This document shows positions 10,848 through 18,234 of a DNA stretch of 64,000 bases, in pieces. A program made the translations under genes and the position numbers. The stretch's first letter is position 1. Each line of letters starts with the position of its first letter. Origin of the DNA: an uncultured delta proteobacterium (GTDB taxonomy: Bacteria; Myxococcota_A; Polyangia; Fen-1088); assembly GCA_963767925.1 (NCBI GenBank), contig CAVYGB010000002.1:1536001-1600000 (forward strand). Direction: 5' to 3'. The notes beneath the pieces are model-generated. The model ran no database searches, was not told the DNA's origin, and saw only the letters and a list, made by a program, of their open reading frames with translations.

Positions 10848-11881
10848 GGCGTCCCTCCTCCGATGAAGGTCGGCGGCAGCGGCGCATCCGGATCGAGGAT
10901 CTCGCGCAGCCGCCGCGGCTTGCCCGGCACCATTTTCACTGTCGCCGCGGGCGGAGCCTTCACGGCGACGTCGGGTGGAGCCTTCGCGGTGGCGTCGGGC
11001 GGGGCTTTCGCGGCGACGTCGGGCGGGACCTTCGCGGTGGTTGCCGGGGGAGCCTTCGCGGTGGCGTCGGGTGGAGCCTTCACGGTGGCGGCTGGTGTCT
11101 CGATGACCGGCGGAGTCTCCGCGGCGGTGGCGGGTGGACGGGGCTTGCGGGGCCGGGGGGCGGCGGCGGGTTCGGCGACCGGGGAGGCCGGAGCCGGCCG
11201 GGTGGAGCGAATCGCCTCGATCGGATCTTCGGGAGTGGGTGGCGGCCGGCGGATCGGGCGGGTCGCTGCGATGGCTTCTTGCGCTGGGAGGGTGGGGCGG
11301 GCTGCGGGAGGCGTCTTGGGCTCGTGGGCCGCAGGGGGAGGCGCGGGCACCGGGGCGTGAGGTGGGGTGAGGATCTCGGCAGGGCCCCGGGCGAGCACGC
11401 GGGACGGGGTGGGGGGCTCGGCGGGGGCCTGGGCGAGGGGGCGGGGCGGGGCGGGGAAGGTGCGGAGGGGGCCGGGGTCGGCGGGGGCCCGGGCCAGCCG
11501 GGTCTCGGGCAGCTCGCCGAGCGGCCGGCGGGGCCGGGGCGAGCGGGCGGGCGCGGACGGGCGGTCCGCGGGCGCCGCGCCGGCCGCGGGCACCACCCGG
11601 ATGCCGGCCGGCTGCGGCGTCATCCCCAGGCGACCGCGGGCCAGGTCGACGAGGCGGCCGGGGTTCTTGAGGCGGCCGATCTCGATCTGCTTGTGCCGGC
11701 GCTGGGTCACCAGCGCCTCGTACATCGCCTGCTCCCGTCCGAGCTTCACCGCCACCTCGTTCTTCTGGGCCTGCACCGCCACGTGGCCGAGGGCGCCGAG
11801 CGTGAGCCCCGCCAGGATGAGGCAGAACATCCCCGTGCCCGGACGCCGGCGCGGCCCCGATCCGGCGGCCCCGCGCCTCAC
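10844..11881 (-). CDS. ftsL: FtsL-like cell division protein with a long Pro/Ala-rich C-terminal extension
   Basis: Lies between rsmH and ftsI with coupled start/stop codons. One TM helix, a coiled coil and LKNPGRLVDLARGRLGM (FtsL-type signature). Confidence 0.78.
   Translation of the reverse strand: MRRGAAGSGPRRRPGTGMFCLILAGLTLGALGHVAVQAQKNEVAVKLGREQAMYEALVTQRRHKQIEIGRLKNPGRLVDLARGRLGMTPQPAGIRVVPAAGAAPADRPSAPARSPRPRRPLGELPETRLARAPADPGPLRTFPAPPRPLAQAPAEPPTPSRVLARGPAEILTPPHAPVPAPPPAAHEPKTPPAARPTLPAQEAIAATRPIRRPPPTPEDPIEAIRSTRPAPASPVAEPAAAPRPRKPRPPATAAETPPVIETPAATVKAPPDATAKAPPATTAKVPPDVAAKAPPDATAKAPPDVAVKAPPAATVKMVPGKPRRLREILDPDAPLPPTFIGGGTP
10937..11080 (-). repeat. Six in-frame 24-bp repeats encoding K(A/V)PP(D/A)xx(A/V) within ftsL
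   Basis: KAPPDATA, KAPPATTA, KVPPDVAA, KAPPDATA, KAPPDVAV, KAPPAATV. Confidence 0.9.
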
Positions 11882-12804
11882 GGCGCCACCCTCTCGGCAA
11901 CCCGCAGCTTGGCCGAGCGGGCCCGCGGGTTGTCCGCGAGCTCCGCGTCCGAGGCGGTGACCGGCTTCTTGGTCAGCAGCCGCCAGGCCGGCGCCCCGAG
12001 GGGTCCGCCTCGGTCGTTGCGCGGTTGCACCGCCAGCTCGCGCAGCCGATGTTTGACCAGCCGGTCCTCCAGCGAGTGAAACGCGATGATCGCCAGCCGC
12101 CCGCCGGGCCGCAGGCAGCCGGGCAGGTCGGCCAGCAGCCGCTGCAGCTCGGGCAGCTCCCGGTTGACGGCCATGCGCAGCGCCTGGAAGGTCCGGGTGG
12201 CGGGATCCTTGTGGTGCTCGCGGCGGGGGATCGAGCGCGCGACGAGGGCGGCCAGGGCACCGGTGGTGCTGAGGTCCTCCTGCTGGCGGGCCGCGATGAT
12301 GGCCCGGGCGATCCGCCGGGCGTAGCGCTCCTCGCCCAGCTCGTGCAGGACGGTCGACAGCTCCCCCTCTTCCACCCGGCGCAGGTACTCCGCGGCGGTC
12401 TCGCCGCCGCTGGCGTCCATGCGCATGTCGAGCGGCCCCGAGTGCCGGAAGGAGAAGCCACGCTCGGGCCGGTCGAGCTGCGGCGACGACACCCCCAGGT
12501 CGACCAGGCAGCCGTCGAGGGGGAGGGCCCCCGCCGTGCCGAGCACCTCCTCGATGCGCGAGAAGGGGGCCTGCACCAGCGTGAGCCGGCCGGCGTGTTC
12601 GCCCAGCCGGCTGGCGGCCTGCTCGATCGCCTGGGCGTCGCGGTCGATGCCGACCAGGCGCCCGTCGGGTCCACACGCCTCGAGGATGGCCCGGGCGTGC
12701 CCGCCGTACCCCACGGTGGCGTCGCAATACACCCCACCCGGGCGCGGCTGCAGCCAGCTCAGCACCTCCTGGAACAGGACCGGTCGGTGAAGCTCGGTCG
12801 TCAT
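11878..12804 (-). CDS. rsmH: 16S rRNA (cytosine1402-N4)-methyltransferase
   Basis: HRPVL, DATVGYGGHA, DLGVSSPQLD, RGFSF, LDMRMD, FQALRMAVN, FHSLEDRLVK, NPRARSAKLR. Confidence 0.97.
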   Translation of the reverse strand: MTTELHRPVLFQEVLSWLQPRPGGVYCDATVGYGGHARAILEACGPDGRLVGIDRDAQAIEQAASRLGEHAGRLTLVQAPFSRIEEVLGTAGALPLDGCLVDLGVSSPQLDRPERGFSFRHSGPLDMRMDASGGETAAEYLRRVEEGELSTVLHELGEERYARRIARAIIAARQQEDLSTTGALAALVARSIPRREHHKDPATRTFQALRMAVNRELPELQRLLADLPGCLRPGGRLAIIAFHSLEDRLVKHRLRELAVQPRNDRGGPLGAPAWRLLTKKPVTASDAELADNPRARSAKLRVAERVAP

Positions 12805-13169
12805 GTCGGAAGGGTCGCCGGGAGGTGCGGGGAGGTCCGGTCGCTACCGGAGCTCCGGAAGCTCGGGACGCCCTGGACGCCGGGACGGACGGCCTGCAAG
12901 ACAGGGCCCGGCCGCCGCGGCTGGCCGGCAGGCGCGGAAATATTCGGGCCGTTCGGCGGGTTTTGCGTGGACAAGGCCGGACGTCCCATCTTCGAGGACC
13001 CTCGCCGGCTGTCAACTTTCTCGGTGATTTTTCCTCAATGATTGCAGGAAGATAAGAGGGAGGTCGGGGTGGGTGTTCCTGCGGGCTCCCGGGGAGAAAC
13101 CGAGGTGGTCGGGTATTTTTGCGTGTTCTTTATTACGCAGTTTATTCGAGTCAATATGCCTAACTGCGC

Positions 13170-13198
13170 TTGACTAAAGGGTTCTTCTGGTAGATAAC
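13170..13198 (+). promoter_or_regulatory. Putative sigma-70-type promoter of the Fic gene
   Basis: TTGACT-17 nt-GATAAC in an AT-rich tract about 40 bp upstream of the ATG. Confidence 0.4.
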
Positions 13199-13239
13199 AC
13201 GATCCGTTTTCACGAGGTCCCGATCGAGGTCGAAGGGTC

Positions 13240-14007
13240 ATGGACAGCAAGCTGTTTGAGCTTGATGCGAAGATGGACGCCCTCCGGGCGAAGGTCTCCT
13301 CTTTCCCTGCGCGGATCACCAAGGACTTCCAGGACCGCCTGGACATCTCGTGGATCTTCCACGACCACGCGCTCGAGGGCGTCGTGCTGTCCTACTCCGA
13401 GCTCAAGGCGGCGGTCGACCAGCGGATCATCAGCGACGTCACGCTGATCCCGATGTACGAGGAGGTTCGCAGCCACAAGCAGGCGGTGGACTTCGTGCGC
13501 GAGGCCAGCCTGGCCAAGAAGCGCCCCGAGGTCGACGTCGAGCTGGTGCGCAAGCTGTACGGGATCGTCACGCCCGATCAGGTCGCCAAGGGCTGTCCCT
13601 ACCGGAAGGAAAACCCCCTTCACCGGCTCTACTATCACGAGATCGCGCCGCCCGAGAAGATCACCCACAAGATGAAGAAGCTCCAGGAGTGGCTGGAGTC
13701 GCCCGAGTACCGCCACCTGCATCCGGTGCTGGCGGCCTCGCGCCTGCAGTTCCGCCTGCTCGCTGCCTATCCCTGGACGAAGAACACCGGCAAGGTCGCC
13801 CGCCTCCTCACCAACTACATCCTCATCTCCAACGGCTACCTCCCCGCCATCGTCCACTCCATCGAGCGCCAGCGCTACTACGAGGCCCTCCGCCACGAAA
13901 ACGACGGCCTCACCTATCTGATCCTGGAATCTCTCCAGAACAGTATCGAAACCACCGCCAAGTTCTACGACGAGCTCTCCGGCCTGAAAGTCCGCCGCGC
14001 CAGCTAG
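13240..14007 (+). CDS. Fic (Fido) family protein with a degenerate catalytic motif
   Basis: IFHDHALEG (inhibitory-helix position), LHPVLAA, then YPWTKNTGKVARL where HPFxDGNGRxxR is expected, and RYYEAL. Confidence 0.85.
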   Translation: MDSKLFELDAKMDALRAKVSSFPARITKDFQDRLDISWIFHDHALEGVVLSYSELKAAVDQRIISDVTLIPMYEEVRSHKQAVDFVREASLAKKRPEVDVELVRKLYGIVTPDQVAKGCPYRKENPLHRLYYHEIAPPEKITHKMKKLQEWLESPEYRHLHPVLAASRLQFRLLAAYPWTKNTGKVARLLTNYILISNGYLPAIVHSIERQRYYEALRHENDGLTYLILESLQNSIETTAKFYDELSGLKVRRAS

Positions 14008-14096
14008 CCGCCCCCGACGCCTCCCGGCCCCCAGAGGCGAACGGGAAATCACTCTCCCAGAACGCCCGGGCCTTCTCTCACGAGTTGCCCGCGCTC

Positions 14097-14176
14097 GCCA
14101 GGCTCTCACCCGTGCCCGCGGTGCCAGGCTCTCACCCGTGCCCGCGGTCGCCAGGCTCTCACCCGTGCCCGCGGTC
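14097..14176. repeat. Three tandem copies of a 25-26 bp unit (GCCAGGCTCTCACCCGTGCCCGCGGT)
   Basis: Read directly; abuts the composite REP at 14187. Confidence 0.9.
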
Positions 14177-14186
14177 CGTCAGATTC

Positions 14187-14316
14187 TCACCTCTCCCCGC
14201 GGTCTGCCGTGGGGAGAGGTCGGCGCGTCTGCGCGCCGGGTGAGGGGCCTCCGGCGTGGCAACCGCCCCTCACCCTCACCCTCTCCCCGCGGCAGACCGC
14301 GGGGCGAGGGCAAACA
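14187..14316. repeat. Composite REP element, type B (about 130 bp); near-identical copy at 46594-46722
   Basis: TCACCTCTCCCCGCGGTCTGCCGTGGGGAGAGGTCGGCGCGTCTGCGCGCCGGGTGAGGGG...GAGGGCAAACA is shared by both sites. Confidence 0.92.
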
Positions 14317-14629
14317 TGCAGCGGGGTGCCTCCCGACAGCACGACCGGCCGCCGCCGATCCCAGTCCGTGCTCAGAGCCGTGCCCTCGGTGGAGAGTCGG
14401 CCGACAAGCCGGGGCTGTGGCGAGGAGGTCCGAGAACCGCACCGGAGTGTGACGATGGTACGCGGAACCCTCAGAGGGTTCCGCACCTCACCACGATGGG
14501 CTCGTCGGGCAAGGCCCTCCTCGCCCACGCGGCTGTCCTCGAGGAGCGGAAGCGCAGGACCGACGAAGTCCACAGCCCCGGATCGTCGGCCAATCCTCCC
14601 ACTCGAGGACTTCCTCCCCCGTTCCACGC

Positions 14630-14667
14630 AAAAAAAAGCGCGCCGGGAGCTTTGCTCACCGGCGCGC
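14630..14667 (-). terminator. Rho-independent terminator
   Basis: On the minus strand, GCGCGCCGG-(TGAGCAAAGCTC)-CCGGCGCGC followed by T8. Confidence 0.85.
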
Positions 14668-14940
14668 CACCCGCTACTAGATTGGTTCGTGGCTAGCGCC
14701 AAACGAGGCGCCGCCAATCAGGGCAGCGTGGACCGCGAGCCGGGCCTCTCGCTGCGGTTGATCAGACTCTGGGGCTCGCTACAGACCGAAGCAGCTATCC
14801 GTGTCTTGAAAGGCTACGTCCGCGTGGGGTTCTCAGACCCACGTCGGAGCTGGAGGCGGAGAAAAGCCATACCGGTGATCGATTCACGTTTTCCCATGCG
14901 TTTTTTCCTCCTTCTGTAGCCAATCGGTCGCGGATGCCTG
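14630..14940 (-). ncRNA. Candidate structured transcript of about 300 nt, possibly with a 27-aa sORF at 14897-14814
   Basis: TACGAT -10-like box (14949-14944), several hairpins, AGGAGG SD, strong terminator, and no convincing protein gene. Confidence 0.4.
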
Positions 14941-15385
14941 TTTATCGTAGCCGAGGAGATCGGGGGCTTCCAGCACCGACGGTGGCGGGAGCGGCAGAAA
15001 AAACGCGGCGGGCGAGCGGAGGGGTCCATGACACACCCCGTGCCCGGCGGCGGTCGCGAAAAATACCGGCCCGTTCCCATTTCCCCGGCGGGCTGGCCGC
15101 GTCTGGACCTGCCTTCTGCCATCCGGAATGACGGTCGGTGTGACCGGCGGATGTCGCGCGCGCACCGGGAATGTTTCGGCCGGCTCCCGCGGTTGCGATC
15201 TGGCGGGCTTTTCCCGCGGTTGATCGCGGGTCGATCGGGCCGGCGCGTGATCGATTAGGCTGTGCTCCGTTCATGAGCAAGCCGCCTTCCCCCCGCCGCC
15301 CGCCCCCGCTTCACCCCCCGCCGCTGGCCCCCCGGGGCCCGCGCCGCCTGCCGCGGGCGGGCGCGGCGCCCGCTTCGCCGGGGAG

Positions 15386-16744
15386 ATGGATCCGGCGGCG
15401 GCGGCGCTGAACGCCAGCATCGATTTCGACCGCCGCCTCCTGCGCGACGACGTGCGCGGCAGCCAGGCCCACGCCCGCATGCTGGCCGCCGTCGGGCTCA
15501 TCTCCGCCGACGACGCCCGGCGCATCGCCGAGGGGCTCGAGCAGGCGGCCGCCGAGATCGAGGCGGGCACGCTGGCCCTGCGCCCCGCGCTCGAGGACAT
15601 CCACATGAACCTCGAAGCGCGGCTGACCGAGATCGTCGGCGAGCCCGGCCGCCGCCTGCACACCGCCCGCAGCCGCAACGACCAGGTGGCGACCGACCTG
15701 CGCCTCTACGCGCGCCGGGCCTGCGCCGACATCGTGACCGGCATCGATCGCGCCCGGCTGGCCTTCTGCCGGCGCGCCCGCGAGCACGCCGCCACCCTGC
15801 TGCCCGGGTACACCCACCTGCAGCGGGCCCAGGTGGTGACGCTGGGCCATCACCTGCTGGCCTACGCCGCCATGCTCGGCCGCGACCGGGGCCGCTTCCT
15901 CGACGCTGCCCGCCGGGCCGACGAGTCGCCGCTGGGCGCGGGGGCCCTGGCCGGCACCGGGCTGCCGATCGACCGGGCCGCCACCGCCGGCGCCCTCGGC
16001 TTCGCCCGCCCCACCGGCAACAGCCTCGACACCGTCTCGGACCGCGACTTCGCCACCGAGATCGCTTCCGCCTGCGCCCTGCTCGGCGTCCACCTGTCGC
16101 GCCTGGGCGAGGAGCTGGTCCTCTGGTCTTCGACCGAGTTCGGGTTCGTGTCGCTCGGCGAGGGCTACTGCTCGGGCAGCTCGCTCATGCCCCAGAAGCG
16201 CAACCCCGACATCGCCGAGCTGCTGCGGGGCAAGCCGGGGCGCCTGCTCGGCGACCTGGTCGCCCTGCTCACCATCACCAAGGGGCTGGCCCTCTCTTAC
16301 AACAAGGACCTGCAGGAGACGCAGGAGCCCTTCTACGACGCGGTCGAGACAACCCTGGCCTCCCTGGCGGTCTTGCCCGGCCTTGTCGCCACCTCGAGCT
16401 TCGACGTCGGGCGCATGAACGCCGCCGCGGCCGACCCCGCCCTGGGCGCCACCGATCTGGCCGAGCACCTGGTGCGGGCCAAGGGCGTCCCCTTCCGCCG
16501 GGCCCACGAGATCGTCGGCAGCTTCGTGCGCGCGGCCGAGGCCCGCGGCGTCTCCCTGCGCGCCTTCCCGACCGCCGAGCTGGCCGCGGTCGCCCCCGAG
16601 CTGGACGCCGCCGCTCTCGACGCCCTCGACCCCCAGCGCGCCGTCGCCGCCCGCGACCTCATCGGCGGGCCCGCCCCCGGCCAGGTCCTCGCCCGGGTGG
16701 CCGAGCTGGAGGCGGAGCTGCGCAGCCTGGGCCTCGAACCCTGA
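15386..16744 (+). CDS. argH: Argininosuccinate lyase; the true start is probably upstream (ATG 15273 via a 1-nt indel)
   Basis: GARF just upstream in frame, [50 protein letters not shown]. Confidence 0.96.
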   Translation: MDPAAAALNASIDFDRRLLRDDVRGSQAHARMLAAVGLISADDARRIAEGLEQAAAEIEAGTLALRPALEDIHMNLEARLTEIVGEPGRRLHTARSRNDQVATDLRLYARRACADIVTGIDRARLAFCRRAREHAATLLPGYTHLQRAQVVTLGHHLLAYAAMLGRDRGRFLDAARRADESPLGAGALAGTGLPIDRAATAGALGFARPTGNSLDTVSDRDFATEIASACALLGVHLSRLGEELVLWSSTEFGFVSLGEGYCSGSSLMPQKRNPDIAELLRGKPGRLLGDLVALLTITKGLALSYNKDLQETQEPFYDAVETTLASLAVLPGLVATSSFDVGRMNAAAADPALGATDLAEHLVRAKGVPFRRAHEIVGSFVRAAEARGVSLRAFPTAELAAVAPELDAAALDALDPQRAVAARDLIGGPAPGQVLARVAELEAELRSLGLEP

Positions 16745-16802
16745 GCGGGGATTATTCATCAGGCGGCAACGCTGGCGGTCGCGCGGCCACCGGCGCCGTG
16801 TT

Positions 16803-16851
16803 CCCGATCGTTCCCGTTCCCGTTCCCGTTCCCGTTCCCGGACCCGTGCCC
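16803..16851. repeat. Left arm of a perfect 49-bp inverted repeat containing (TTCCCG)5
   Basis: CCCGATCG(TTCCCG)5GACCCGTGCCC is the exact reverse complement of 18059-18107. Confidence 0.95.
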
Positions 16852-16944
16852 GGTTTTTCGGACTGGGGCCCACGCAATGGGCGACCGAGGGCAGGGCTGC
16901 GCCCCAGCGGCGGGGGAATAGAAGGCGAAGGGAATGTGGGCGAT

Positions 16945-17566
16945 TCAGCCGAAGGGCTGCGGCGATAGCAGCCGCCTGGCGATGCGAGCCCAAAGTGACT
17001 GCCAGGGATGGCTGGAGGCCAGATGAAACCAGATGCGACGGGCGGAGCCGAGCACGCGCACACCGATCTCAAGCAGGCGCAGGCGGAGGGTGTCCATCTG
17101 GGCATCGGCGAGCTCGGTGCCGTGTGCGGCGCGGCGGAGCATATACATGAGGACGTAGGCGGCGGCGTGCAGGAGCAGGCGAAACTGGTTGGCCCAGAAG
17201 CGGTGACAGCTCAGGCGGTCGGCCTTGAGCGCCCGCTTGAGGTCCTTGATGGAGTTTTCGCAGGCGTCGGCTCGCTGCACGTAGCAACGGTCGTACAGCT
17301 TCTGGGGGTCACCAGCAGATTGGTCACCACGAAGCGAACGTTCGAGCCTTGCTCGGTGTGCTCGGCCTTGATGATCATGCGGTAGCTGCGCGGCCAGCGC
17401 TTGCGACCCGTTCCCATGGAGCGATATCGGTCAGGCCGAGGCGCCGGTCGGCCTGCCGCAGGAGCAGGAGCCCACCGTCGCTGGAGATGGGCCCGGCGTC
17501 GAAGGCCGCTCGTACCTGCCGGCGCCCCGCGAACGGGAAGTCGATTTGGCTGGTATCCTCGTGCAT
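16945..17566 (-). pseudogene. IS1380-family transposase remnant (N-terminus fused to C-terminus, large internal deletion, frameshifts)
   Basis: N-terminal FDAGPISSDGGLLLLRQADRRLGLT; C-terminal RFVVTNL, ENSIKDLK, DRLSCHRFWANQFRLLLHAAAY, TLRLRLL. Confidence 0.88.
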
Positions 17567-17643
17567 CGAGCGGCCCTCCTCGTCGTTGCCTTCTGGTCTC
17601 GCAACCGAAAAGCAGTGCGAGAAGTGTGCCGCTCGATTCTTCT

Positions 17644-18018
17644 TCAGCGCGATGGCTCTTCTTGCTCGCCGAGCAGCTTCGCCATCTTCGTCAGCATCGA
17701 GACGATGCGCAGTAGAAGATCGCGTCCTGCCCCCAACGTAGCTTCGTCGCTGAGCTTCACCTTGCGGCAGACATCCAGTAGGGCAGCGCACTCCGTCGCC
17801 GACCGCAGTGCCATTCGGTAGAAGCGCGCCTTGTCCTTCCTGCTGAATTCCCCGGCCCCCTCGGCCACGTTGAGCGGCACCGAGGTCGCCGCGCGCTGCA
17901 GTTGGTCCGCCAGGTAGGCTCGACCACGCGGCAGCTGCTCCACGATGTCGTCCGCCTTGGCGACGAACTCGATTCCCGCCTGGTACACGTCCAGCTTCTC
18001 GTGATCGAAATGGCCCAT
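17644..18018 (-). CDS. Four helix bundle protein (23S rRNA IVP/Avd-like family)
   Basis: FDHEKLDVYQ, LADQLQRAATSVPLNVAEG, RFYRMALRSATECAA, RIVSMLTKM; 124 aa. Confidence 0.92.
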   Translation of the reverse strand: MGHFDHEKLDVYQAGIEFVAKADDIVEQLPRGRAYLADQLQRAATSVPLNVAEGAGEFSRKDKARFYRMALRSATECAALLDVCRKVKLSDEATLGAGRDLLLRIVSMLTKMAKLLGEQEEPSR

Positions 18019-18058
18019 TCCCTGTTTTCGGCCAGCGCCTTCTCAGGTTGCGGGTACG

Positions 18059-18107
18059 GGGCACGGGTCCGGGAACGGGAACGGGAACGGGAACGGGAAC
18101 GATCGGG
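18059..18107. repeat. Right arm of the perfect 49-bp inverted repeat, containing (CGGGAA)5
   Basis: Exact reverse complement of 16803-16851. Confidence 0.95.
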
Positions 18108-18234
18108 GCCAGACACCCTGTTGGCGGCGTCTCGACGGCGGCGCCCCGCTGGTGAATAATCCCGGCTAGCGCCGGGGCCCGCTGGCAGCCCGTGAACGCT
18201 CACGGCTGCGCGCAGGGGACCGTCGCGCACAGGC

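Larger units (their letters stand above)
16746..18165 (-). mobile_element. IS1380-type element, internally deleted, with a four-helix-bundle passenger gene
   Basis: Terminal IRs CGGGGATTATTCATCAG (16746-16762) and CCGGGATTATTCACCAG (18165-18149), 15/17 identical. Perfect 49-bp subterminal IR. IS1380-like transposase fragments inside. Confidence 0.75.

Noticed and set aside
8499..11360. Long antisense or alternate-frame ORFs (for example 8499-11360, 18544-20343, 56151-59051)
   Set aside because: Shadow ORFs of real genes caused by high GC3; they carry no domain motifs.
14384..14609. Retron msr-msd
   Set aside because: No adjacent reverse transcriptase; kept only as an unexplained structure.
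14600..14625. RNase P RNA-like GGGGGAGGAAGTCC on the minus strand
   Set aside because: It does not match GAGGAAAGTCC, and other conserved RNase P segments were not found.
15036..15046. Sigma-54 promoter on the minus strand (GGGCACGGGGTGTGT)
   Set aside because: The -12 element is GT rather than GC, so the support is too weak.
17644..18018. Diversity-generating retroelement suggested by the Avd-like gene
   Set aside because: No reverse transcriptase and no TR/VR pair with adenine-specific mismatches in the window.
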